Shown here in pieces: positions 9,360 to 22,180 of a stretch of DNA of 32,000 nt (positions are counted from its first letter, which is position 1; the number at the start of each line of letters is the position of its first letter). The stretch is from the NCBI RefSeq assembly GCF_028673255.1, contig NZ_CP110504.1, positions 124,526-156,525 on the forward strand. Reading direction: 5' to 3'. Both the position numbers and the translations under genes were made by a program. The DNA is from Candidatus Saccharimonadota bacterium. Its GTDB lineage: Bacteria; Bacteroidota; Bacteroidia; Flavobacteriales; Blattabacteriaceae. The notes beneath the pieces are model-generated. The model did not search any database, had not been told where the DNA came from, and saw only the letters and a program-made list of their open reading frames with translations.

Positions 9360-9721
9360 TGAAAAATTATAATGCTGTCGGACGTAGAAAAACAGCAGTT
9401 GCTAGATTATATCTTAAGCCTGGCACTGGAAAATTTCTAATTAATAAGAAAATGAATTTTCAAAATATAATTTTTTATCCATTAGAGTTAACCAATACTC
9501 GTGGAAAATTTGATATTTCTATTACTATATCTGGGGGTGGTTTAAAAAGTCAAACTGAAGCTATTTTGTTAGCACTATCTAGAAGTTTATGTAAATTTAA
9601 TAAATCATATCGCAAAATATTAAAAAAAAATAAGTTACTAACTCGTGATTCTCGAGTTGTAGAACGTAAAAAATATGGTAAAAAGAAAGCTAGAAAAAAA
9701 TTTCAATTTTCAAAAAGATAA
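9359..9721 (+). CDS. rpsI: 30S ribosomal protein S9
   Basis: It has GRRKTAVARLYLKPGTGKFLINK and a C-terminal KKFQFSKR. Its start overlaps the rplM stop (TAATG). Confidence 0.95.
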   Translation: MKNYNAVGRRKTAVARLYLKPGTGKFLINKKMNFQNIIFYPLELTNTRGKFDISITISGGGLKSQTEAILLALSRSLCKFNKSYRKILKKNKLLTRDSRVVERKKYGKKKARKKFQFSKR

Positions 9722-9722
9722 T

Positions 9723-10454
9723 ATGTATAATTTAAAATTTTCTAAGTTTTTAAAATCAGGTGTCCATTTTGGTCATTCGACATCTAAATGGAACCCTAAA
9801 ATAAACCATTATTTATTAATGCAAAAAAAAGGAATACATATTATAGATCTTTATAAAACTAAAAAAAAAATATATTCTTCATGCCTATTCTTAAAGAAAA
9901 TTACTGCATCAGGTAAGATAGTTTTATTTGTAGGAACAAAAGAACAAGCAAAGAAAATAATTGCTTATTATGCCAACAATATTAATATGCCTTATATTAA
10001 TGAACGTTGGATTGGAGGTTTATTAACTAATTTTTCGACAATACGAGAATCAATTTATAAAATGAATATGATCAAACAAAATAAATATTCAGGCTTATAT
10101 AATTTAATTTCTAAAAAAGAAAGATTACTCATTTCACGACTTTATACAAAGTTAAAAAAGAACTTAGGCTCTGTTAGGAACCTCAACTTTATTCCAGATT
10201 GTATAGTAATTATTGATATAAATAAAGAACAAGCGGCAGTTAAAGAAGCTTTAAAATTAGGAATTCCAATTGTTGGAATAGTCGACACAAATTCTGACCC
10301 AGAGAAAATGAATTTTCCAATTCCTGCTAATGATGATAATTCAAAGTCTATTAACCTTATTTTGTATTACATAGCTAATGCAATTGAAAGTGGTGTACAT
10401 TTATATTTAAGTAATAAGAAAAATACCCACGTTTTAGTAAACCAACAATATTAA
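9723..10454 (+). CDS. rpsB: 30S ribosomal protein S2
   Basis: FLKSGVHFGHSTSKWNPKI is the S2 N-terminal signature. I chose the ATG at 9723 (MYNLKF...), which lies just after the rpsI stop. The track start at 9675 would overlap rpsI. Confidence 0.92.
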   Translation: MYNLKFSKFLKSGVHFGHSTSKWNPKINHYLLMQKKGIHIIDLYKTKKKIYSSCLFLKKITASGKIVLFVGTKEQAKKIIAYYANNINMPYINERWIGGLLTNFSTIRESIYKMNMIKQNKYSGLYNLISKKERLLISRLYTKLKKNLGSVRNLNFIPDCIVIIDINKEQAAVKEALKLGIPIVGIVDTNSDPEKMNFPIPANDDNSKSINLILYYIANAIESGVHLYLSNKKNTHVLVNQQY

Positions 10455-10455
10455 T

Positions 10456-11100
10456 ATGCAACCAACAATATTAAAAAATATTAAGAAATTAAGAAAAATT
10501 ACTAGTGCATCTGTAATGGAATGTAAACAAGCAATTATTTTTTCAAAAGGAAATATCAATTTAGGAATTTCTTATTTAATTCATAAATCAAATAAGCAAG
10601 CGAGAACAACACGAACAAAAACCAAATTCAAAAGAAATTTCATTTTATGCAGAAGAAATAAAACCAAAACTAAAATTATAGCTATCATTCTTTCTACAGA
10701 AACTGATTTTGTAACTAAAAACGATCTGTTTCAAAAATTATCTACTTTTATTTTGGAAGTTGCTTGTCTTTGTAATAACAAATCTGAAATACTAAAATAT
10801 AAAATTAATAATTTGAGTTTATTTCAAATAATAACTTATTTCTCAAAAAGTATTATTCAAGAAAACATTGAGTTCAAAACTTTTGTTTTTATAAAAACCT
10901 CTTTTATTAATTTTTATATATATCATAATTTTAATCAAGCTGCGATAATAGGGTTTTCAAATTATCTCCCAGGAATTGAATATATCTCAAAATATCTGGC
11001 AATGCAATTAGTTGCTAACGAGAACAAAATTAACACATATGTTAGAAATAACATTATAAAATTCTTGAACTTAAAACATATAACATATAAAATTCTTTAA
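10456..11100 (+). CDS. tsf: Elongation factor Ts (short and divergent)
   Basis: The N-terminal UBA-like segment IKKLRKITSASVMECKQAIIFSKGNINLGISYL and the ETDFVTKN motif are present. It sits after rpsB as in the conserved rpsB-tsf pair. It is only 214 aa. Confidence 0.7.
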   Translation: MQPTILKNIKKLRKITSASVMECKQAIIFSKGNINLGISYLIHKSNKQARTTRTKTKFKRNFILCRRNKTKTKIIAIILSTETDFVTKNDLFQKLSTFILEVACLCNNKSEILKYKINNLSLFQIITYFSKSIIQENIEFKTFVFIKTSFINFYIYHNFNQAAIIGFSNYLPGIEYISKYLAMQLVANENKINTYVRNNIIKFLNLKHITYKIL

Positions 11101-11120
11101 CTTAAGAAAATAAATTCTTT

Positions 11121-11207
11121 TACCTAGAGTGGGATTTGAACCCACACAGCTTTTTACAAGCTCCAGGATTTTAAGTCCTGTGTGTATACCAATTTCACCA
11201 TCCAGGC
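11121..11207 (-). tRNA. tRNA-Leu (anticodon UAA), type II with a long variable arm
   Basis: The reverse complement is GCCTGGATGGTGAAATTGGTATACACACAGGACTTAAAATCCTGGAGCTTGTAAAAAGCTGTGTGGGTTCAAATCCCACTCTAGGTA. It folds into a cloverleaf with anticodon loop CTTAAAA and T arm GTGGG/TTCAAAT/CCCAC. Confidence 0.85.
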
Positions 11208-11224
11208 TGAATTAGCAAAAACTC

Positions 11225-11298
11225 AGCGAGAAACGGGATTTGAACCCGCGACCATTACCTTGGCAAGGTAATGCTCTACCAACCTGAGCTATTCTCGC
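11225..11298 (-). tRNA. tRNA-Gly (anticodon GCC)
   Basis: The reverse complement is GCGAGAATAGCTCAGGTTGGTAGAGCATTACCTTGCCAAGGTAATGGTCGCGGGTTCAAATCCCGTTTCTCGCT. It is a clean 74-nt cloverleaf with anticodon loop TTGCCAA. Confidence 0.9.
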
Positions 11299-11399
11299 AT
11301 ACTAAAATATTGTAAATGCATTTGAGACTTGTTTGCTCAGAAGTCATCTGGAGAATATTACAATTAATTGATTTACGTTATACCACCGACAACAAAGAA

Positions 11400-11421
11400 A
11401 GGATTTTTTATAAGTAATCCT
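11400..11421 (-). terminator. Weak candidate intrinsic terminator downstream of mutS
   Basis: On the minus strand the hairpin AGGATT-ACTTATAAAA-AATCCT is followed by TTCTTTGTTG. The stem is only 6 bp and AT-rich, so support is low. Confidence 0.25.
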
Positions 11422-11472
11422 CTACAGATATCTTATTTCTCTCGAGATTTATTTCTATATTTTTTAATATGT

Positions 11473-14049
11473 TTATTTATTTTCTTGTTTTTTCAAAATA
11501 AATTTTATATGTTTTAAAAAGCTTTGAGCACTCGCAAGAGTAAGAGTATTTATGTTTAAGTTTTCAATATTTTTTTTAATTATTTTGTATTTTATATGCG
11601 AATTAATTTTTTTCATTTGTTTTAAACAAGTCATAATTTTTTTTGATCTTTCTATTATTGTCTTAGGTATCCCTGCAATTTTAGCAACATTAATTCCGTA
11701 GCTATTTTTGCACCCAAATGGTAATAATTTTCTTGTATATATAATTTGCTTATTTATTTTTTTTACTGATATGCTTCTATTTCTTATTCTAATATAATAA
11801 TTTTTCATATTATTTAATTCATGATAATGAGTAGAAAATAATACAAATGGTTGGTTCGGATGATTATGCAAAAATTCTATGATTGCCCAGGCAATCGAAA
11901 TTCCGTCATAAGTACTAGTTCCTCTCCCAATTTCATCTAGCAATATAAGACTTCTTTCAGATATATTATTTAGTATGCTAGCTGTTTCATTCATTTCATT
12001 CATAAATGTTGATTCTCCAATTGAAATATTATCTGATGCTCCAACTCTTATAAAAATTTTTTCTATTATACCAATTTCTGCATAACTTGCAGGAATATAA
12101 CTCCCTACTTGAGCCATTATAATAATAATTGCAATTTTGCGTAATATAGCTGATTTTCCTGCCATATTTGGACCAGTTATTATAAATATTTGTTGTTCGT
12201 TTTTTTTAAACAAAATATCATTTGCTATATAAGTTATTGCTTTAGCACCTTGCGAATGTATTTGTGCTTCGATTACTGGATGACGCCCATCTTTTATATA
12301 AAGATTAAAACTATTATTAACTTTAGGACATATGTAATTATTTTGTTTAGCACATATTGCTAGAGAAATCATTACATCTATTTTTGCTATTACTTTTGCG
12401 TTTCTTTGATTATATTTTACATTTTCTAATAACAAACATGTTAGATCTTCCAATATTTTACTTTCTATTTTTAGAATAGATTCTTGTGCAAGTTTTATTT
12501 TTATTTCATGATTTTTTAATTCTTCTGATATATATCTTTCTACCTTAGCTAATGTTTGTTGTATTTTCCAGTGTTTGGGCACCTTGATCTTTTTGGTTGG
12601 TTTTTTAATTTCTATATAATAGCCAAATATATGATTCGAGTTTATTTTTATATTTTTTATTCCTGTTTGTTTTCTTTCTCTCTCACATATTTTTAATATT
12701 GTTTGTTCTCTCTCAATTACTAGAGTTCTTAATTTGTCCAATTCTTTTGATATTCCGGGTTTTATTACATTTATTTTCTTTGGTGCTTCTTCATATAAGA
12801 CTTTTTCAATTGTATTATATAATTTGTTACAATTAATAATTTCTTTTGCCAAGTTTTTAAGAATATTACTACTTGATCTGCTCAGGATTTTTTTTATTTC
12901 TATTATATTCTTTATACTTTTTTTTAATAATAATAAATCATATGGATTTGCTCTTAAGTTCACTATTTTAGCTGATAATCTTTCTAAATCAGATATTTTT
13001 TTTAGTTTGTTTCTTATAGATTTTATTATTTGTTTTTGGTTTAAAAATTCATATAATATATTCTGTCGATAATGAATTTTGTTTATATCTTTAAGAGGAA
13101 ATATTAGCCATTTCTTTAGTAATCTACCTCCCATTGGACTCTTGGTAAAATCCAACACTTTTAATAATGTTAAAGCGTCTTCATTTTTAGATGAAATGAT
13201 TTCTAAATTTTCTAAAGAAAAATTATCTATATTAAGAGAGTTCTCTAAACTAATTTTTTTAATACAATTAATATGGGATATTTTATAATTACAGATATTA
13301 CAGACATAAGAGCAAATTGCACCTGCAGAAGATATACCAAGCCCAAGTTTTTGTATATTAAACCCCTTTAAAGAATTAGTTTTGAAGTGTTGGATTAAAT
13401 ATTTATAAGAAGAATCAAAATCAAAAACAAAATCTTCTAATCCTTGTAAATGGATATTTTTACTTAAAATATTATTATTTAAAATAGATTTAATATCTTT
13501 TTCTTTTTTTTGTGGACAAATTATTTCCTTAGGTAAAAATTTATTAAGAATTATATTAATGTAATTTTGGTTACCTTCTCCCACTAAGAATTCACCAGTT
13601 GAAATATCTAAAAAAGAAATACCAAGTTGGGTTTTATAATTTTTATAAAATATTGCACATAAAAAATTGTTTTTTTTAGCATCTAACACGTCACTATTAG
13701 TCACGACACCTGGGGTAATAATTTCGGTTACTCCTCTTTTTAAAAGTCCTCTCTCTTTTGTATTTTTTTTTTCTAGTTCCTCACAAATCGCAATTTTGAA
13801 TCCTGCTTTAACTAATTTAGGTAAATAATTATTTATAGAATGGTGAGGAAAACCTGCCAATTCCACATGCGAGTTGGTATTACCCTTATTTTTACGTTTA
13901 GTTAAAACAATATTTAATACTTTCGAACATTTTATAGCATCTGTTCCAAACATTTCGTAAAAATCACCTACTCTAAATAATATAATTGTATTAGTGAATT
14001 TTTTTTTTATTTCATTATATTGTTTAATTAAAGGAGTTATTATCTTCAT
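11473..14049 (-). CDS. mutS: DNA mismatch repair protein MutS
   Basis: This 858-aa ORF has the N-terminal TPLIKQY...GDFYEMF mismatch-binding motif, Walker A GPNMAGKS, DEIGRGTST and STHYHEL. Confidence 0.95.
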   Translation of the reverse strand: MKIITPLIKQYNEIKKKFTNTIILFRVGDFYEMFGTDAIKCSKVLNIVLTKRKNKGNTNSHVELAGFPHHSINNYLPKLVKAGFKIAICEELEKKNTKERGLLKRGVTEIITPGVVTNSDVLDAKKNNFLCAIFYKNYKTQLGISFLDISTGEFLVGEGNQNYINIILNKFLPKEIICPQKKEKDIKSILNNNILSKNIHLQGLEDFVFDFDSSYKYLIQHFKTNSLKGFNIQKLGLGISSAGAICSYVCNICNYKISHINCIKKISLENSLNIDNFSLENLEIISSKNEDALTLLKVLDFTKSPMGGRLLKKWLIFPLKDINKIHYRQNILYEFLNQKQIIKSIRNKLKKISDLERLSAKIVNLRANPYDLLLLKKSIKNIIEIKKILSRSSSNILKNLAKEIINCNKLYNTIEKVLYEEAPKKINVIKPGISKELDKLRTLVIEREQTILKICERERKQTGIKNIKINSNHIFGYYIEIKKPTKKIKVPKHWKIQQTLAKVERYISEELKNHEIKIKLAQESILKIESKILEDLTCLLLENVKYNQRNAKVIAKIDVMISLAICAKQNNYICPKVNNSFNLYIKDGRHPVIEAQIHSQGAKAITYIANDILFKKNEQQIFIITGPNMAGKSAILRKIAIIIIMAQVGSYIPASYAEIGIIEKIFIRVGASDNISIGESTFMNEMNETASILNNISERSLILLDEIGRGTSTYDGISIAWAIIEFLHNHPNQPFVLFSTHYHELNNMKNYYIRIRNRSISVKKINKQIIYTRKLLPFGCKNSYGINVAKIAGIPKTIIERSKKIMTCLKQMKKINSHIKYKIIKKNIENLNINTLTLASAQSFLKHIKFILKKQENK

Positions 14050-14102
14050 CTTTTTATATAGTTTTTAATTAAATGAGTTTTTATCTTCATCTTTATCTTC
14101 AG
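14011..14102 (-). repeat. Degenerate tandem copies of the mutS 5' end (period 41 bp), filling the clpX-mutS spacer
   Basis: The true start is aaagATGAAGATAATAACTCCTTTAATTAAACAATAT. The upstream copy is aaagATGAAGATAAAAACTCATTTAATTAAAAACTAT, with 29 of the first 33 coding nt identical. A third partial copy, TGAAGATAA, lies at 14093-14101. Confidence 0.85.
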
Positions 14103-14103
14103 T

Positions 14104-15294
14104 TTAAATTATTTTTTGTATTGCTTTTTTTGTAATTTTAATTTGTTTCTTTTTAAACCATTCGAAAGAAAAAGTATATTTATTAAATATTTTCTCACAG
14201 ATATAATGTAATCCTCTAGCTCCAATATTTAATTTCATCGCTTTTTTAATTATTAACTCAATAGCTTTTTTAGTAATTGAAAAATCTATTTTATCCAATT
14301 TTAAAAGATTTTTATATTGTTTTAAAATTGAATTTTTGGTTGATAATAATATCTCTTTATATTCTTTTTCAGTAAAATTTTGTAACTGACAAATTATAGG
14401 CCATCTACCAAGAAATTCTGGAATAAAACCAAAATTAATTAAATCTTCTGATTTTAGTGAATCAAATAATTCTTTCTTATTGTCTTTTCTTTTCTTATTA
14501 AAACCTATTTTTGATACATTTAATCTGTTATAAACTATTTCATCTAATCCTGCAAATGTACCACCAGATAGAAAAAGTATATCTTTTGTATTTATAGATA
14601 CCATTGGGTTCTCCGGATGTTTTCTACCAAATTGTGTTGAGATATTCACATATGATCCTTCTAAAATCTTAAGTAAAGCTTGTTGTACTCCTTCGCCTGA
14701 AACATCTCTTGTTATTGAAGTATTATGAATACTTTTTTTAGAAATTTTATCTATTTCATCTATAAAGATAATACCTTTTTCAGCTAAGTTTAAATCAAAA
14801 TTAGCTTTTTGCAACAATTTAGTTAATATATTTTCTACATCATCTCCAACATATCCAGCTTCAGTCAATGAAGTAGCATCAACTATTGCTAAAGGAAGAT
14901 TTAAAAATCTAGCAAGACTTTTTGCAAACAGAGTTTTTCCAGTACCTGTATTTCCTATTAACAATATATTAGCTTTATTTACTTCTATTTTATTTTCAGA
15001 TAAAATAAGCCTTTTGTAATGATTATAAATTGATACAGAAACTATTTGTTTCGCTTCTTCTTGGCCAATAATATATTTATCTAAATAATATTTAATATTC
15101 TTTGGTGTGACAATTAGCTGTTGAGTATTTTTTGCATTCTTAAAATTAATATATATTTTATATATATATAGTATTTTTATAATACAATTATTACATACCA
15201 AATCACTATCAAATATGAAGACTTTAATTAATTCTTTTTTTTTTGCACTACAAAAAGAACATCTTAAAGATGTCTTAAATTTTATATTCAACAT
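14104..15294 (-). CDS. clpX: ATP-dependent Clp protease ATP-binding subunit ClpX
   Basis: It has an N-terminal zinc ribbon (CSFC...CNNC), Walker A GNTGTGKT, IIFIDEIDK and the pore loop GYVGDD. Confidence 0.93.
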   Translation of the reverse strand: MLNIKFKTSLRCSFCSAKKKELIKVFIFDSDLVCNNCIIKILYIYKIYINFKNAKNTQQLIVTPKNIKYYLDKYIIGQEEAKQIVSVSIYNHYKRLILSENKIEVNKANILLIGNTGTGKTLFAKSLARFLNLPLAIVDATSLTEAGYVGDDVENILTKLLQKANFDLNLAEKGIIFIDEIDKISKKSIHNTSITRDVSGEGVQQALLKILEGSYVNISTQFGRKHPENPMVSINTKDILFLSGGTFAGLDEIVYNRLNVSKIGFNKKRKDNKKELFDSLKSEDLINFGFIPEFLGRWPIICQLQNFTEKEYKEILLSTKNSILKQYKNLLKLDKIDFSITKKAIELIIKKAMKLNIGARGLHYICEKIFNKYTFSFEWFKKKQIKITKKAIQKII

Positions 15295-15306
15295 AATTCC
15301 AACAAG

Positions 15307-15969
15307 TTACAAAATTTCATCAATAATACCATATGCTTTCGCTTCTTTGGAATTCATCCAATATTCCCTATCAGAATCTTTTTCGATCTTTTTAAATTGT
15401 TGTCCAGTATGTTTGCTAAGAATTTCATATAATTCTTTTTTTAGCTTGAAAATTTCTCTTGTAGATATTTCGAGATCTGACAATTGTCCTTTTACAGAAC
15501 CAATCGGTTGATGTATCATGACTCTTGAGTGTTTTAAAATATAACGTTTGCCCTTATAACCAGCACATAGTAATATAGCCGCCATTGAGGCTGCTAGACC
15601 AGTACAAATAGTAGAAACCTTAGGCTTTACAATCTGCATCGTATCATATATACTTAATCCTGATGATATATTCCCTCCTGGAGAGTTTATATATATCTGT
15701 ATATCTTGTTTGTTATCTATAGATTCTAAAAATAAAATCTGGGCTTGAATTATACTAGAAATTTTATCAACGATTGGAGTACCTAAGAAAATAATTCTAT
15801 CCATCAAAAGACGTGAAAATACATCCATTTGAGAAAAATTTAATTTTCTTTCTTCTATTATATAAGGTGTAATGGAATTTTTCATTGAATTTAAATAATA
15901 ACATAGAGTTTTCTTATCTATCGCTTTTTTTTGAATTGCATAATTTTGAAATTCTTTCAAATAATTCAT
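15307..15969 (-). CDS. clpP: ATP-dependent Clp protease proteolytic subunit ClpP
   Basis: The motifs IYINSPGG, GLAASMAA (catalytic Ser) and MIHQP (catalytic His) are present. It lies upstream of clpX. Confidence 0.95.
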   Translation of the reverse strand: MNYLKEFQNYAIQKKAIDKKTLCYYLNSMKNSITPYIIEERKLNFSQMDVFSRLLMDRIIFLGTPIVDKISSIIQAQILFLESIDNKQDIQIYINSPGGNISSGLSIYDTMQIVKPKVSTICTGLAASMAAILLCAGYKGKRYILKHSRVMIHQPIGSVKGQLSDLEISTREIFKLKKELYEILSKHTGQQFKKIEKDSDREYWMNSKEAKAYGIIDEIL

Positions 15970-16021
15970 ATTCTTATTTGCGCATTTGTTTTAAGACTTA
16001 AAACATATAAATATATATTAT

Positions 16022-17110
16022 TTATAAATTTTCATATTCTTCTTTGCGCATACTAAAGTTTAATTCAATTAATTTTACTAAAGTTATTTCGATCGTTAAT
16101 CTCTTATTATAACTTTTGCGAATAAAGTTATCAGTTTTTTCACATATTATTAAAGCTTTAATTAAAAAATTAGAAGATACTTTCTTGGATTGTGCATATA
16201 ATCTGTTTTTAAATTTTTCAGAATAATTAAAGAATTGAATTGTTCCATTATTTTTAAGAACTAATAAATTTCTAAAATGAGCTGCAATATGATTAATAAA
16301 ACAATTTCTATTTATCCCTTTTTTTATAAGTTTCTCAAAATAAAGTAAAGTTTTCAAGATATTTTTATCAATTATATTTTTATCAATTATTAACTCAGTA
16401 ATTTGTAAGCAGTATTGAATATCTAATATTCCTAATTGCTTTGCAACAATTTTACGTGATATTTTGTTATTAGAAAAAAGCTTTAATCTATCAAAAGAAG
16501 ATAAAGCATCTCTTAAAGAGCCTTCAGAATTTTCAGCAATTAATAATAACGCATCCTTTTCGTATTCTACGTTTTCCAACGTACAAATTTTAATTAAAGC
16601 TTTCATTAAATTTTTAATATTAATATGTTTAAAATCATATATTTGACAACGTGATAATACAGTAGGTAAAACTTTATTTTTTTCGGTAGTTGCTAAAATA
16701 AAAATAACATGTGAAGGAGGTTCTTCTAAAACTTTTAAAAAAGCATTAAAGGCAGAATGTGAGAGCATATGAACTTCATCAATAATATAAATATTGTATT
16801 TTCCGCAAAATGGCAAATAATTTAATTTCTTAATAATGTCTTTAATATCATCGACTGAATTATTGGATGCAGCATCCAATTCATATGCTGAATCCAATTC
16901 AATAACATTATTAAGTTTTCTAGCTAAAATTCTTGCACAGGTAGTTTTACCAACTCCTTTAGGACCACAAAATAAAAAAGACTTTGCTACTTTTTTTTGG
17001 CTTATCGCTTGTTTTAAAGTATCAGTTATATGTTTTTGTCCAATTACATTCTCAAAATCTAAAGGACGATATTTAATCGCTGAAATTTGATATTTACTAG
17101 CTTTACTCAT
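16022..17110 (-). CDS. dnaX: DNA polymerase III subunit gamma/tau (short form, domains I-III only)
   Basis: The motifs YRPLDFENVIGQ, LFCGPKGVGKTT, IIDEVHML and the SRC-type LSRCQ are present. It is 362 aa. Confidence 0.9.
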   Translation of the reverse strand: MSKASKYQISAIKYRPLDFENVIGQKHITDTLKQAISQKKVAKSFLFCGPKGVGKTTCARILARKLNNVIELDSAYELDAASNNSVDDIKDIIKKLNYLPFCGKYNIYIIDEVHMLSHSAFNAFLKVLEEPPSHVIFILATTEKNKVLPTVLSRCQIYDFKHINIKNLMKALIKICTLENVEYEKDALLLIAENSEGSLRDALSSFDRLKLFSNNKISRKIVAKQLGILDIQYCLQITELIIDKNIIDKNILKTLLYFEKLIKKGINRNCFINHIAAHFRNLLVLKNNGTIQFFNYSEKFKNRLYAQSKKVSSNFLIKALIICEKTDNFIRKSYNKRLTIEITLVKLIELNFSMRKEEYENL

Positions 17111-17260
17111 CTTTTTTTTTTATCTTTTCTTCATGAACTTTTTTCTTCGTAATAAGGAAGATAAATACTTCTGATGTCTAAAGAAAAAGTACCAAAATAC
17201 AAACACGTAAATATAATACTAAAATCTTTATTTCTAGCTAATTAATAAATATTCAAACAA

Positions 17261-17367
17261 TGGGCGATACCTACTCTTCCAGAAAAACTAGTACCATCGG
17301 CGCTAATAAGTTTAACTTCTCTGTTCGGAATGGTAAGAGGTGGAACATTATTGCTATAATCGCCCAC
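17261..17367 (-). rRNA. rrf: 5S ribosomal RNA
   Basis: The reverse complement reads GTGGGCGATTATAGCAATAATGTTCCACCTCTTACCATTCCGAACAGAGAAGTTAAAC...GTATCGCCCA. The terminal helix is TGGGCGAT/ATCGCCCA and the conserved CCGAAC block is present. Ends are accurate to within a few nt. Confidence 0.85.
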
Positions 17368-17421
17368 TGCATTAGAAACAAAAATTATAACTAAGATCTC
17401 AGAGCATACAATAGAAAATTT

Positions 17422-20298
<2,877 letters not shown>

Positions 20299-20332
20299 TA
20301 AATCTTACTATGTATGCTGCTTGCTCTTTTAT

Positions 20333-20406
20333 TGGAGGAGATCGGATTCGAACCGATGACCTCCTGCGTGCAAAGCAGTGGCTCTAACCTCCTGAGCTAA
20401 ACCCCC
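20333..20406 (-). tRNA. tRNA-Ala (anticodon UGC) in the 16S-23S spacer
   Basis: The reverse complement is GGGGGTTTAGCTCAGGAGGTTAGAGCCACTGCTTTGCACGCAGGAGGTCATCGGTTCGAATCCGATCTCCTCCA. The G3:U70 identity pair is present. There are two mismatches at the base of the acceptor stem. Confidence 0.85.
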
Positions 20407-20411
20407 AGTAA

Positions 20412-20485
20412 TAGTCTCAGCTGGATTTGAACCAGCGACCTCTACATTATCAGTGTAGTGCTCTTACCTTCTGAGCTATAAGACT
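20412..20485 (-). tRNA. tRNA-Ile (anticodon GAU) in the 16S-23S spacer
   Basis: The reverse complement is AGTCTTATAGCTCAGAAGGTAAGAGCACTACACTGATAATGTAGAGGTCGCTGGTTCAAATCCAGCTGAGACTA. It is a 74-nt cloverleaf with anticodon loop CTGATAA. Confidence 0.9.
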
Positions 20486-20510
20486 GCTTTATTCTTTTAA
20501 TAGCTTTCAT

Positions 20511-22058
<1,548 letters not shown>

Positions 22059-22180
22059 TTTTTAATAAAAAAAAATTAAAAAATATTTTTGCATGTGTTA
22101 TGTTCTTTATATTCTCTATTTTTTCTTATATCCAAATATTAATTTTCAAGTATTTTTAATGAAATTATAATACATATTTA

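Noticed and set aside
9675-9722. A 16-codon N-terminal extension of rpsB suggested by the ORF track (start at 9675).
   Set aside because: It would overlap the last 47 nt of rpsI. The conserved S2 N-terminus (..FLKSGVHFGH) fits the ATG at 9723, directly after the rpsI stop.
12734-13288. Two plus-strand ORFs (112 and 69 aa) antisense to mutS. Similar cases are 15215-15511 across clpX/clpP and 16464-17090 within dnaX.
   Set aside because: They are antisense shadows with hydrophobic, low-complexity translations. There is no start context and no family resemblance.
22131-22142. A TTAATATTTG motif upstream of the rRNA operon (on the minus strand), also present at 24550-24559 upstream of tRNA-Thr. 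It was considered as a Bacteroidetes -7 promoter box (TAnnTTTG).
   Set aside because: It does not match the consensus exactly, and no properly spaced -33 TTTG is present. The tRNA-Thr copy ends on the first base of the mature tRNA, so it cannot be a -7 box there. A promoter call cannot be supported from sequence alone.
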